A stretch of DNA of 64,000 nt from an uncultured Christensenellaceae bacterium. GTDB lineage: Bacteria; Bacillota; Clostridia; Christensenellales; UBA1242. The translations under genes and the position numbers were made by a program. Below are positions 1-9,049 of this stretch, one piece after another. Positions within the stretch are counted from its first letter, which is position 1. Each line of letters starts with the position of its first letter. The notes beneath the pieces are model-generated. The model was not told the DNA's origin. It worked only from the letters and a program-made list of their open reading frames with translations, and ran no database searches. Where the stretch lies: NCBI GenBank assembly GCA_910587225.1, contig CAJULT010000002.1, positions 26,963 through 90,962 of the forward strand. Direction: 5' to 3'.

Positions 1-61
1 GTTTCAAATAATTACACCGTTCAACGCTTTACCCTGCTTAAAGATTTATTAATGGCTACTG

Positions 62-817
62 ATGACAAAATTAACGAGTTATACAATTAAAATGAAAGAA
101 AAAATGTTAAAAATCTTAAATTATATGAAAAACATGCTTTATCCTGAGAAAATAAAGTGTATCTTTTGTGGTCGCGATATTCAAGATTTTGATACCCGCC
201 CATATTGCGATGATTGTGCTAAGTTAGATATTTTCAATAATGGCAACCGCTGCCTTAGATGCGATATGCACCTGCCGCTTGATAATCGCTTCTGTCATTT
301 CTGTCAAACAAGTAAACGCTATTACGAAAAAGCTTTCTGCCCTATGCTATATAAAGACGAAGTAAGAAAAGCCATCTTAAAATTAAAAAGCGATAATGCA
401 AAATATCTTGCCGAGCCATTTGCCAGTCTGATTGCAAACCGCATAAATGAGTTTGGCGTTAAAGTGGATTTAATTCTTCCAGTGCCTATGCATGAAAAGT
501 CAAGAAAGAGGCGTGGCTATAATCAAGCCGAACGCTTAGCAATTGAACTAGGTAAAATTTTAGCTTGCGAAGTAAGGAGCGACCTTTTCATAAAAACTAA
601 AAACACAACGCCGCAAAAAGATTTGAAACTCAAAGAAAGAATAGATAACGTTGTCGACAGCTTTGCACTCACCGATAAGAAGCCTATAAAAGATAAAGTC
701 GTCTTGATTGTAGATGATATTATGACTACTGGCGCGACACTGAACGAACTTGCCCGCCTATGTAGTCCCGCCACCAAAGTATATGTCGCAGCCATTGCCA
801 GAGATTTGCCAAAATAA
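62..817 (+). CDS. comFC: ComF-family phosphoribosyltransferase-like competence protein
   Basis: Four CxxC pairs near the N-terminus (CIFCGRD, CDDC, CLRC, CHFC). C-terminal PRTase motif VVLIVDDIMTTGATLNE. The true start among several in-frame Met is unresolved. Confidence 0.8.
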   Translation: MTKLTSYTIKMKEKMLKILNYMKNMLYPEKIKCIFCGRDIQDFDTRPYCDDCAKLDIFNNGNRCLRCDMHLPLDNRFCHFCQTSKRYYEKAFCPMLYKDEVRKAILKLKSDNAKYLAEPFASLIANRINEFGVKVDLILPVPMHEKSRKRRGYNQAERLAIELGKILACEVRSDLFIKTKNTTPQKDLKLKERIDNVVDSFALTDKKPIKDKVVLIVDDIMTTGATLNELARLCSPATKVYVAAIARDLPK

Positions 818-905
818 AAACCGCCTATTAGTCACTTATTTTTGAGACTAGCAAAAAGTTGCATTTTAAAATAACTTATGATATACTAAATGAGTGGGAG
901 TTTTT

Positions 906-1448
906 ATGAAAGAGAAGATATTAGTTTTGGCATATCCCGGCATTGGGAAAACTTATATGGCGGAAAATTTTACAAATGTAAGCGACTTTGAATTTCAGCA
1001 TTATAGATATGACTACGGCAAATACAAAGATTTACCTTTAGAACAAATTAAAGGTAGAACTGAAATAAGAACGGATAGACCAGAATGGCCTCAAAACTTT
1101 TTTAAGGCATTGGAAGAAGAATTGGAGAAAGGTCGTATTGTTCTTGTCCCATTTGCGTCAAGTTTATTTGTGGTGTTAGATTACCTTGCTAAGAGCAAAG
1201 GTGTTAAAGTTATACTCGCTATTCAAGATAAAAATAGTTTTGAAGATATAGCAAATAAATTTAGAAAACGTGGTAATAGTGAAGAATTTATAGAGAGAAG
1301 AAGAAATGATTTTAAAAGATGTCATGATATGATTGAAAAATCTAATTTTGATTCTATTATTTTGATGCCTAATGAATATCTTTCGGATGGGTTAAAACGA
1401 TTAGGGCTTAATTTGATCTCTGGAAAGGGCATTAAAAATTATCATTAA
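906..1448 (+). CDS. Hypothetical P-loop NTPase/kinase-like protein
   Basis: GGGAG RBS precedes ATG 906; the track start 894 is a GTG inside that RBS. Walker A-like AYPGIGKT near the N-terminus. No family recognised. Confidence 0.5.
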   Translation: MKEKILVLAYPGIGKTYMAENFTNVSDFEFQHYRYDYGKYKDLPLEQIKGRTEIRTDRPEWPQNFFKALEEELEKGRIVLVPFASSLFVVLDYLAKSKGVKVILAIQDKNSFEDIANKFRKRGNSEEFIERRRNDFKRCHDMIEKSNFDSIILMPNEYLSDGLKRLGLNLISGKGIKNYH

Positions 1449-1456
1449 AAAGCAAA

Positions 1457-1484
1457 AAGGATTGTTAGAAGACAATCCTTTTTT
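1457..1484 (+). terminator. Rho-independent terminator
   Basis: AAGGATTGT / ACAATCCTT 9-bp stem followed by a T-run, just after the stop at 1448. Confidence 0.8.
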
Positions 1485-1523
1485 GCTGGTTTCAAAAGTT
1501 TTTAACCTTAATGCGTTTTTTTA

Positions 1524-1556
1524 AATAAAAAAACACACCCTGCCATAAGGTGTGTT
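1524..1556 (-). terminator. Rho-independent terminator downstream of tRNA-Glu
   Basis: 8-bp stem AACACACC / GGTGTGTT with a T-run on the minus strand (plus-strand A-run 1523-1531). Confidence 0.75.
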
Positions 1557-1571
1557 CGTCCAAATGTTCAC

Positions 1572-1646
1572 TGGTAGCCTCTAGGGGAGTCGAACCCCTC
1601 ACTCCGCCGTGAAAGGGCGATGTCTTAACCGATTGACCAAGAGGCC
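1572..1646 (-). tRNA. tRNA-Glu (anticodon UUC)
   Basis: Reverse complement is GGCCTCTTGGTCAATCGGTTAAGACATCGCCCTTTCACGGCGGAGTGAGGGGTTCGACTCCCCTAGAGGCTACCA. It has a 7-bp acceptor stem, anticodon loop CTTTCAC, T-loop GGTTCGA and an encoded CCA. Confidence 0.95.
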
Positions 1647-1667
1647 ACAAAACTAGTGAACGCAATT

Positions 1668-1696
1668 AGTATACGAAAAAGACCGCTTCTTGTCAA
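1668..1696 (-). promoter_or_regulatory. Sigma-A type promoter for tRNA-Glu
   Basis: On the minus strand, TTGACA (1696-1691), a 17-nt spacer, then TATACT (1673-1668), about 20 nt upstream of the tRNA 5' end. Confidence 0.7.
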
Positions 1697-1720
1697 GTGA
1701 TTTTTCGAAATAAATTTATT

Positions 1721-2197
1721 TTATCTTGTATTTTCTAATATAGTTCCTTCGCGGAGGATTATTTTGTATACTTGCTCTTGCGAGCCGTCTTGCCATGTTA
1801 GTTTTAAAGTGGCAGTTCTATCTTTTTCACTAAAACGCGGATAGATTACAAATTTTGCCTGCCTTTGACCACCCACCTCGCTAAAAAACTCGCCGCCTTC
1901 CTGACGTTTTCCATTAAACTCCATTATTCCGGTTTCTAAATTGTCAAGTTTGTCAGCAGCAGCAAATTCAATGCCGACATAGTAGCCACCTTCTGTTAAA
2001 CCCTTAGTTATGTCTGCCTCTCGAAATTGCAAGGACTCCCCCTGCCCTCCAAGAAAAATGTTTCGTAGATCCTTATCGTACTCTATTGAAATATCTCCGT
2101 CTACAAGCGTAGCATTAGCACTTGGCATTACAGCATCGCCACACCCATATAAACACAAAGAAAATAAACATATCGCAACTAAAATTAACTTTTTCAT
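1721..2197 (-). CDS. Putative lipoprotein
   Basis: N-terminus MKKLILVAICLFSLCLYGCGD is a signal peptide with a lipobox Cys. No family recognised. Confidence 0.65.
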   Translation of the reverse strand: MKKLILVAICLFSLCLYGCGDAVMPSANATLVDGDISIEYDKDLRNIFLGGQGESLQFREADITKGLTEGGYYVGIEFAAADKLDNLETGIMEFNGKRQEGGEFFSEVGGQRQAKFVIYPRFSEKDRTATLKLTWQDGSQEQVYKIILREGTILENTR

Positions 2198-2200
2198 GCT

Positions 2201-3643
2201 TTAATTATGTGCATTTGCCTCATTTTTATCATTTTTTTGCATGAGTTGAACTTTTAGCACATCGCTACGCCTAATTTGATACTGAGAGAAAAGCAGAATT
2301 GAAGCGGCAAGTGCTATGGCGCAGCCGCAAAATACAATTGTTCCAAGCCCGTTTTGTACTGACATTGCTTGCACAGGCTGAGTAGAATCGAATTTGATAA
2401 TATCAAGCAGGAAACCGATGATAAGGAGCGCTATTGAATTTGCAAGGTTATAGGTAAAGGTAAAAAAGCCGGAATATTGACCTGCGTTATTTTCACCAGT
2501 CTTAAACATTTCAAGCGTAACCACATCAGCGTACATTGACATAGGCAGCGAGTACATCGCCCCCGCCCCAACACCACAGAAAAGTATACAAGGCAATACA
2601 TAAAGAAACATAACGCTTGGGTCAAAGTAAGTTCTAAATAAAAATGTCAAAAGAGTTAGCGCAATGCCAAACACGATAAGGGAAAGCGATATGATAAGCG
2701 CATGTTTTTTATCAATTCGCTTAGCCACCGCTATCCAAAGCGGCTGGGAGGCTATTGCCCCGCCAAACAAGGCGATAAGAAGCATTGAAATTTGAGTACT
2801 TGAAAAGTGATAACAATAGGTAAAAAGGTGCATGCCAACCGCAGTTAAAAAGGCGGACGCAATAAGGGACGCCGAATAGCCAAGTATCACCGACCTAAAA
2901 TTCCGCTTTTTAAGCACTTCAATATATCCGCTTAAGAGTTTACTCAAACTAAACTTTTCTTTTTTAAGCGAAAGCATGGTCACTCGGTTCACCCGCTGAA
3001 CATGTCTTAAACTGCCAAACACCGCAATCGAGCTGCAAAGAAGAACTAACGCTGAGTTGATATACGCAATATTAATATACCCCTGCTGCGAAAACTGAGT
3101 TTGAATTGAAATGGAAATAGACGGCATAAAAAAGTACATAAGAATGCTAGGCGCAATCATGCCCATAATTGAAAACATGGTTTTAAAGCCCTGCACCTTA
3201 TTTTGCTCGTTATAATCAGGCGCTATATCAATTCCAAGCGCGGCATAAGGCGTACCAAAAAAGGTGTTGGCAGTTTCAATCGCAAGCATTGAAATGAGTA
3301 GCCATGCGAACTTGCCCCCATCTGGCAGCGAGGCTGGCATAGTCCAAATGAAAAGATTGATAAGCGCAATCGCAATGCTGCCAAAAAGCATATAACCAAG
3401 CCGCCGCCCAAAAAACTTGTTGCGAGTATTATCGCTTAAATATCCAACCAGCGGGTCACTCACCCCATCCCATAAAGACGCTATCGCAACGGCAATTCCG
3501 ACAAGCGAGCCAGATATGCCCATAATGCTTGTCCCAAAGAACATGATAAAATTGCTAAGGGTATTTCCCATACACCCATAGCCAAGGCAGCCCATGCCAT
3601 AACATAGTTTAGTCCCAAACGATAACTTGTCCTGCTTTTTCAC
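2201..3643 (-). CDS. GPH-family (glycoside-pentoside-hexuronide):cation symporter, MFS superfamily
   Basis: About 12 hydrophobic segments. N-terminal signature DGVSDPLVGYLSDNTRNKFFGRR is typical of MelB/YicJ/UidB-type carriers. GTG start without a clear RBS, so the 5' end is uncertain. Confidence 0.8.
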   Translation of the reverse strand: MKKQDKLSFGTKLCYGMGCLGYGCMGNTLSNFIMFFGTSIMGISGSLVGIAVAIASLWDGVSDPLVGYLSDNTRNKFFGRRLGYMLFGSIAIALINLFIWTMPASLPDGGKFAWLLISMLAIETANTFFGTPYAALGIDIAPDYNEQNKVQGFKTMFSIMGMIAPSILMYFFMPSISISIQTQFSQQGYINIAYINSALVLLCSSIAVFGSLRHVQRVNRVTMLSLKKEKFSLSKLLSGYIEVLKKRNFRSVILGYSASLIASAFLTAVGMHLFTYCYHFSSTQISMLLIALFGGAIASQPLWIAVAKRIDKKHALIISLSLIVFGIALTLLTFLFRTYFDPSVMFLYVLPCILFCGVGAGAMYSLPMSMYADVVTLEMFKTGENNAGQYSGFFTFTYNLANSIALLIIGFLLDIIKFDSTQPVQAMSVQNGLGTIVFCGCAIALAASILLFSQYQIRRSDVLKVQLMQKNDKNEANAHN

Positions 3644-3690
3644 TAAAATATGTTATGCGCCAAGGCTTTCAGTTATGAAAACAGTCTAAT

Positions 3691-3712
3691 AAAAAAACGG
3701 GCATAGCCCGTT
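3691..3712 (-). terminator. Rho-independent terminator overlapping the stop codon of the 3711-4454 gene
   Basis: AACGGGC / GCCCGTT stem with a 3-nt loop, then T7 on the minus strand. Confidence 0.8.
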
Positions 3713-4454
3713 AGTTTGATGAAGTTTCATCTACCTCATTCTCTTCTTGTTTAAATTCTATCGGTTTTGGATAAAGCACACGCTGCGCAATTTCAAATCG
3801 GCTTTCGCTGTAAGGAACAAGTTCCTTGCATGTATGATCGATAGCTGCAACTATCTTTTTATTTTCTTCTTCATCTTGTTCATGTCCCGACAAAATTAAA
3901 GTAAAGCCATCGCGTTTTACTTTTTTGTTAGTCTTGACATCTCTATATACCGCCTTTTCATATATAAGAGTACATTCAAAGCCTGTACCGCCTAAAATGT
4001 GGTAACGCTTTCCCTTAACTTTTATATCAATCTTCGGTTCTGTTTGGCGCACTACTGAAACAAGGTCAATCGAAAAAGCATTTGAAAATAGGTTGCTTAT
4101 CGCGTTAGCAATTTGAGTAGGAAACTCCTTAGGCTGCTCAGAGCCTTCACACTGTCCTAAATCAAAACGCTGACTAGGTCGTTTAAATCCGCCGGGCAGA
4201 TTTGAAATCTTTCTTACTTTAAAATAATACTTGCCATTTTCAAGCTGTTTACTAAGGACAAGCCCCGCATTTGCGAGCATATTGCTTGGCACATCATAAA
4301 TAGTTTCCAATCCAACAAAATCGTCATCAAAAGCAATGCGATAATATTTTAAACTACCATCAAGTTTCTTAATAGTTTTCTTATAATTTTTACCTAGATA
4401 ATAATAGTGAACTTTTTGCACAGTTGCTGCTTTAATTGCCTCATTTTGTATCAT
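3711..4454 (-). CDS. Hypothetical protein, weak CYTH-like (triphosphate tunnel) pattern
   Basis: AGGAGA RBS 6 nt before ATG 4454. Alternating beta-strand pattern (ETIYDVPSNMLANAGLVLSKQLENGKYYFKVRK; KGKRYHILGG) recalls CYTH, but the N-terminal ExExK motif is absent. Confidence 0.3.
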   Translation of the reverse strand: MIQNEAIKAATVQKVHYYYLGKNYKKTIKKLDGSLKYYRIAFDDDFVGLETIYDVPSNMLANAGLVLSKQLENGKYYFKVRKISNLPGGFKRPSQRFDLGQCEGSEQPKEFPTQIANAISNLFSNAFSIDLVSVVRQTEPKIDIKVKGKRYHILGGTGFECTLIYEKAVYRDVKTNKKVKRDGFTLILSGHEQDEEENKKIVAAIDHTCKELVPYSESRFEIAQRVLYPKPIEFKQEENEVDETSSN

Positions 4455-4549
4455 AACCATTCTCCTATAATAGAGTTTACATAATTACAAGAAAAAAAGC
4501 AAATGTTTAACAATTTTTTTGTTGACAATAATTTTTTCAAGGAGGAAAT

Positions 4550-5143
4550 ATGGAATTTAACAAATCTAAAACAAAAGAAAACCTTGCCCGAGCCTTTGCT
4601 GCCGAGTGTCAGGACGGGGCAAGATATCAATTTATGGCAAAAGCAGCTGTCAGTGAGGGCTTTTCTTTTATAAGCGACCAATTAAAAATGCTCGCAAAAA
4701 ATGAAATGGCTCACGCCTCCACACTTTATAACTTAATGCTTGAAGGCTGCAAGGGAGTTGAAGATAACGTCCCAATTGAAGCTGGCTATCCTTTCGAGCC
4801 GCCCCAGCTTTCAACAAGCTTAAAAAGCGCGGCTGAAATTGAGGAATATGAGGCAAAAAATATCTACCCTGCTTTTGCAAAAGTCGCAAAAGATGAAGGC
4901 TTTGCCCACATCGCAAAAGCTTTGCTACTAATCGCTGAAGTAGAAAACACACACTTTCAAAAACTTGCTGCGCTTGCAAAGCTGTATAAAGCAAACAAAC
5001 TTTATCACTCAAATTCAAAACAATTATGGGAATGTTCCAACTGCGGACATCGCGAGCAAGGAACAAGCGCTTGGCAAAATTGCCCGCTTTGCTCCTACCC
5101 ACAAGGTTATGTAATGGTGCCGCCCACCCTTTTAAACGGATAA
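4550..5143 (+). CDS. rbr: Rubrerythrin
   Basis: AGGAGG RBS. Ferritin-like diiron domain (AAECQDGARY, NEMAHA, EEYEA, AEVENTH) plus a C-terminal rubredoxin-like CSNCGH...CPLC. Confidence 0.9.
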   Translation: MEFNKSKTKENLARAFAAECQDGARYQFMAKAAVSEGFSFISDQLKMLAKNEMAHASTLYNLMLEGCKGVEDNVPIEAGYPFEPPQLSTSLKSAAEIEEYEAKNIYPAFAKVAKDEGFAHIAKALLLIAEVENTHFQKLAALAKLYKANKLYHSNSKQLWECSNCGHREQGTSAWQNCPLCSYPQGYVMVPPTLLNG

Positions 5144-5211
5144 CAGGCGTTGCCTGCCAAATCTTTTCACTCTTCGCTCTTCATTTATTGTTCAAACATT
5201 GGCAGCGCCAC

Positions 5212-5245
5212 AAAAAAACAACCCGCAAGGGTTGCTTTTTATTTT
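5212..5245. terminator. Bidirectional terminator between rbr and hup
   Basis: CAACCC-GCAA-GGGTTG hairpin flanked by an A7 run upstream and T-runs downstream. Confidence 0.75.
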
Positions 5246-5248
5246 TCC

Positions 5249-5521
5249 TTAGTTTAAAAGTCCTTTAAAGCTGTTACCGAACTTGAAAGATGGAACTTTG
5301 CAAGCTGCAATTTTAACTTTTTGCTTTGTAAGAGGGTTGATACCTTCTCTTGCTGCTCTTTTCTTCACTTCAAATGTTCCGAATCCAGCGATTTGAATTT
5401 TTTCTCCTTTTTTAAGTACATCAGCGATAGTAGCTGCCATTGCGTCAAAAGCGATTCCTGCATCTTTTTGAGTGAAATTTGCTTTATCAGCGAATGCTTT
5501 GATAAATTCTTGTTTGTTCAT
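5249..5521 (-). CDS. hup: DNA-binding protein HU
   Basis: 90 aa. MNKQEFI...GFGTFEVKKRAAREGINPLTKQKVKIAA matches the HU/IHF fold and DNA-binding arm. Confidence 0.95.
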   Translation of the reverse strand: MNKQEFIKAFADKANFTQKDAGIAFDAMAATIADVLKKGEKIQIAGFGTFEVKKRAAREGINPLTKQKVKIAACKVPSFKFGNSFKGLLN

Positions 5522-5600
5522 TTATCATATCTCCTTTTTTTAATTGGCTTTCACCTTGATTTATCTTAACATATTTTTGCCCAAAAACCAAGCAAAATTA

Positions 5601-6410
5601 CTAGCTCCAAGCGAAAAAGTTGCCGATTTCATTCCAAAAATACCCAAAAACTGCCTTTATCTTCTCCCACCAGAGAGTATTATTGGATTTAGCCGTTGAA
5701 ACATCTCTAATAATTACCTTTACAACGCCTACTACTTGCTCTTCGGTGCAAGTGCCATTTATTCTCGCATCAAGGCTTGCCCCGCGGTTGTCCCCCATGT
5801 AGAAAATCTCACCTTCTGGCACTTCCACAAAGTAGGTGTCACCCTCGTAACTTACATCATATCGGTTGACAAAATGCGACTCAGGCTCTAAAGTTGCTTT
5901 CAAAAAGGTTTCATAAAAGCGGCTTTCATAAACTTCACTGCCAAAAGTTATGCCCTCATCATACGACCAGCCGGGGTAGGAAAGAATGTAATCTTCCTGC
6001 AAAATCTCAATATTCTCACTTCCGTCACGGATAACTGAAACGCGGTACTGATTGTCATATTCGTCATACTTGCGAATGGAAATCTTATCTCCGCCCTTTG
6101 CTATTACGCGTTTGATTATGGTATTTACACGATCTTCAAGTTTGATAATAATGATATCGTTTACATTTATCTGTTCATTATATTTTATATACACCCCGTC
6201 TTTAACCGATTGCTCTGATAGCCCCGCATTTATTGTAGGCTGCATCGACGTTCCGCTGACAGGATAGTAACGATAATTAGCTAAAAAGATATACCTTCCC
6301 ACCATAAAAGCAATAAAAAGTGCAATAAAGACGGCAGAAATGCCGCTGACAACATTTAAAAATTTGTCACCTTTCCCTTTCTTTACTTGTACCTTTTGCG
6401 GTGTTTCCAT
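5601..6410 (-). CDS. lepB: Signal peptidase I (S26 family)
   Basis: N-terminal membrane anchor. Catalytic Ser box SGTSMQPTI, KRVIAKGGD Lys box and GDNRGASLDAR box. Confidence 0.85.
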   Translation of the reverse strand: METPQKVQVKKGKGDKFLNVVSGISAVFIALFIAFMVGRYIFLANYRYYPVSGTSMQPTINAGLSEQSVKDGVYIKYNEQINVNDIIIIKLEDRVNTIIKRVIAKGGDKISIRKYDEYDNQYRVSVIRDGSENIEILQEDYILSYPGWSYDEGITFGSEVYESRFYETFLKATLEPESHFVNRYDVSYEGDTYFVEVPEGEIFYMGDNRGASLDARINGTCTEEQVVGVVKVIIRDVSTAKSNNTLWWEKIKAVFGYFWNEIGNFFAWS

Positions 6411-6413
6411 TAA

Positions 6414-6947
6414 TTACCTTCTTTTTGAATACTCGCAGCCGCAGTAGTCCTGTCTGTATAGGTCATACTCGCGGGAGAGCATTATGCTCTTCTTGTACCC
6501 GTCCTGTTTTTTAAAGTTGCCGTCAACAAACTCAATTCGCTCCGCCTCTTCTATTCCTTTGCCAACAGCATTTATTACAAGGCTGTTTTTATGCGGGCTA
6601 ACTGTTAGCGTTGTTGCAAAGCAGTCAAAGCCGAGTTCTTTTGCCATCTGGGCGGTCTTTTGAAGTCGCATACGAAAACACTTCTCGCAGCGCGCTCCGC
6701 CCTCTTTTTCATTTTCCAAACCGCAGATATAGTCACTCCAAACCTGAGGCTCATACTCGCCCTCAATCACCTTCACACCTACCGCATCGCAGTACCTCTT
6801 CTGCTCGGCAAGACGATGATTATATTCGTCTGAGGTGTCTATATTGGGATTATAATATAATATAGTTAAATCATAGTCATTTTTAAGCACATTTATAACA
6901 TGCGTGCTGCAAGGTCCACAGCAGCTGTGCAGAAGTAGTTTTTTCAT
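6414..6947 (-). CDS. queH: Epoxyqueuosine reductase QueH (DUF208)
   Basis: Motifs HSCCGPCS, YNPNI, EGGARCEKCFRMRL and YRQDYCGCEYS. Confidence 0.9.
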   Translation of the reverse strand: MKKLLLHSCCGPCSTHVINVLKNDYDLTILYYNPNIDTSDEYNHRLAEQKRYCDAVGVKVIEGEYEPQVWSDYICGLENEKEGGARCEKCFRMRLQKTAQMAKELGFDCFATTLTVSPHKNSLVINAVGKGIEEAERIEFVDGNFKKQDGYKKSIMLSREYDLYRQDYCGCEYSKRR

Positions 6948-7405
6948 TGCAGTGTCCTCAATAGCTTAACAAGCGCGCTAAGAGTAGCATTTTCGTCTAT
7001 CGTCTTTTTTATTGACTCGTCAAAGCTGTCTATATATACGATAAAGCAAGCTAACTTATCAGAACAGTTTACAAAAACCTCGCATGCAAGCTTGTCCTGC
7101 CCTTCCATTGCTATGAAATAGGTAGGAAATAGAAACTCATCAAGTTTAAGTGTGCATTTTGCTCGCAGGGTGTATTTATCGCTCACCGAAGCCAAATTTT
7201 TCACAAAGTTGTCATAATACTCAAAAAAGTCAGTAGGATCCCGATAAACCCCGAACAGCGAAATCACCTGCCCTTCGCCGCTCGCATAATTTGCGAGATT
7301 GATAAAACCCTGCCCGTTTGGCAGTGGATATTTGTCATTTGTCTCCTTAAAGCCGACCGGGAGCTGAAAGGACATTTCGTTAAGCGAGTCTACAACTGTT
7401 CTCAT
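6944..7405 (-). CDS. Hypothetical protein
   Basis: 153-aa ORF whose stop overlaps the queH start (ATGA), implying translational coupling. No family recognised. Confidence 0.5.
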   Translation of the reverse strand: MRTVVDSLNEMSFQLPVGFKETNDKYPLPNGQGFINLANYASGEGQVISLFGVYRDPTDFFEYYDNFVKNLASVSDKYTLRAKCTLKLDEFLFPTYFIAMEGQDKLACEVFVNCSDKLACFIVYIDSFDESIKKTIDENATLSALVKLLRTLQ

Positions 7406-7443
7406 GGCATAAGTATGCCACGCTCAAATGTATTTGTCAAATG

Positions 7444-7779
7444 TTAAACCGCATTTATTGCGCAAAGCATTATTTCATTTACATTTTTGCTCGCAAGACC
7501 ATATATAAGTATCTTTCCCTCTCTTTTATAAGTTACAAGATTTTGATCTTTAAGCTGTCTAAGTGAATGGCTTATAGTTGTCTGGTTTATCCCTAGCACC
7601 TTTGCTAGATCGTTTACACAAAGATTACTCATAGAAAGCGCTGACAAAATTTTGATACGGGTAGAGTCCGCATAATTTTGAAAATAGCCTGCAAGCTTCA
7701 ATATATCACTCTCTGCCGGAAGAGAACTTGCTATGTCAAGCCTCCCCCGCTCAGTTAATAACAAAAATTTATCGTTCAT
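7444..7779 (-). CDS. ArsR/SmtB-family transcriptional regulator
   Basis: Winged HTH RIKILSALS...LCVNDLAKVLGINQTTISHSLRQLKDQNLV. A GGAG RBS favours the Met at 7779 over the track start 7800. Confidence 0.8.
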   Translation of the reverse strand: MNDKFLLLTERGRLDIASSLPAESDILKLAGYFQNYADSTRIKILSALSMSNLCVNDLAKVLGINQTTISHSLRQLKDQNLVTYKREGKILIYGLASKNVNEIMLCAINAV

Positions 7780-7940
7780 TTTTCTCATCTCCATTTTCAC
7801 ACATATTAACCTTTAAACATATATAACAATGTAAAGTCAAAACAATTTTGCCAAAGAAAAAGAAGAAGTCAAAATAAAAAAATGTTTTTAAATTTTGTAT
7901 TTTGCTTTTATTGGAAGATTTTTGTAGAAAGGAGATTTAT

Positions 7941-8123
7941 ATGAATATTTCACAAGACATTTTACTCGTGCTGTTAATTTCAGTTATCGCATCAGCAACC
8001 GACACCAACCTTGCCACCAACTCAAATATGCTGCTATTACTTTTGCTCGCACTTGCAGGCTTTAATAATAATGATAACGATAACTGGTCATGCCAAAACA
8101 CATGTCCAAATAGACTCTTCTAA
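7941..8123 (+). CDS. Small hydrophobic protein (60 aa), unknown
   Basis: AAGGAGA RBS 6 nt before ATG 7941. Two hydrophobic stretches, an Asn/Asp-rich spacer and a C-terminal WSCQNTCPNRLF. Divergent from the ArsR gene. Confidence 0.45.
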   Translation: MNISQDILLVLLISVIASATDTNLATNSNMLLLLLLALAGFNNNDNDNWSCQNTCPNRLF

Positions 8124-8330
8124 TCGCGGGCGGCAACTAGGGTTTCTTTACGCGGACACGCCTGCTAACGCAGCCTAACCGCTAAAACCCGTTTCCCACC
8201 GCGTGCCCCTTTTAGCAACCTTGAAAATTTCGTACCGACAATTTTCGGCGGTCAGAAGTGTCCTTACATTTTTCTCGCCGCGGAGACCGCTTCCCCTCGA
8301 AAAATTCCAGTCCATTATTGATAAAAAACA
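8124..8330 (+). ncRNA. Candidate structured RNA or 3'UTR of unknown class (GC-rich, ORF-free)
   Basis: About 200 nt much more GC-rich than the flanking intergenic DNA, with no ORF of 60 aa or more. Nested helices are visible: GGGTTT 8140-45 / AAACCC 8185-90, GCGG 8152-55 / CCGC 8179-82, CTGC-TAAC-GCAG, CCGA/TCGG 8235-48 and GCGG-AGA-CCGC 8280-90. A plus-strand terminator follows at 8358-8377. Confidence 0.35.
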
Positions 8331-8357
8331 GAAAATAAAAAAAAGAATAAATTAAGG

Positions 8358-8377
8358 ACGGGCGCTGCCCGTTTTTT
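8358..8377 (+). terminator. Rho-independent terminator
   Basis: ACGGGC-GCT-GCCCGT hairpin followed by T6. Confidence 0.8.
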
Positions 8378-8551
8378 AATTTTATAAATAATTAAAGAAA
8401 AATTAGACAAAATAATTATTAACCAAAAAAACAGGCTAAAAAAATAATTTAAAAAAATAAAAAATTTTTCAAAAAATAGCGAAAAATATTTGGAGTATAA
8501 TTTTTTTTGTGTTATTATAGCCTTGTAAATAAAAAAGATTGGAGGTTAATT

Positions 8552-8884
8552 ATGAATTTTGTTTCTAATTTACTAAGAGCTACTGGTTGGACAGGCTTTA
8601 GCGGAGATTATGAATGGATGAATAAGGTTTTTGATGCTCTTGGTATCGCTTTATATATTATTTTAGCACTTGTTGGTGCTGCTGGTGTTATTTATTCAAT
8701 CTATCTTGGTATTCAACTTGCTCGTGCTGAAGATCAATCAAAACGTGACGATGCTAAAAAACACTTAATTACTGTAATTATTGCAGTTGCTGTTTCGTTA
8801 CTGCTTGTATTATTCTTTAATGAATTGTTACCGTTGATTGTAAAAAATATTGCACCAGAAAGTGTCGTCAACCCAGCCAAATAA
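8552..8884 (+). CDS. Small two-TM membrane protein, paralog A
   Basis: GGAGG RBS 6 nt before ATG 8552; the track start 8507 lies in the promoter. 110 aa with two long hydrophobic helices joined by the charged loop RAEDQSKRDDAKKH. About half its residues match 9050-9361. Confidence 0.7.
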   Translation: MNFVSNLLRATGWTGFSGDYEWMNKVFDALGIALYIILALVGAAGVIYSIYLGIQLARAEDQSKRDDAKKHLITVIIAVAVSLLLVLFFNELLPLIVKNIAPESVVNPAK

Positions 8885-8893
8885 AGTAATTAA

Positions 8894-8917
8894 AACCGCA
8901 TTAAGTGCGGTTTTTTT
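8894..8917 (+). terminator. Rho-independent terminator
   Basis: ACCGCA-TTAAG-TGCGGT hairpin followed by T7. Confidence 0.85.
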
Positions 8918-9049
8918 GTTGCCATTTCTTTACTACTTCCGCTTACCCACCAAAGCGAGCGGGCTTATTTTTAAAAAAAGTTCCCCTCCCCTAAATTTTT
9001 GTTGCAAAATTAAATTAAATTGTGTTATAGTAATATTAGGAGAAAAAAT

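Noticed and set aside
8507-9049. Track start codons at 8507 and 9020 (MCY...), the 97-aa ORF 8850-9143, and similarly the track starts at 20375 and 40201.
   Set aside because: These TTG/ATG starts fall within -35/-10 boxes or terminator stems. Downstream ATGs have canonical RBS spacing. ORF 8850-9143 spans a terminator and a promoter.
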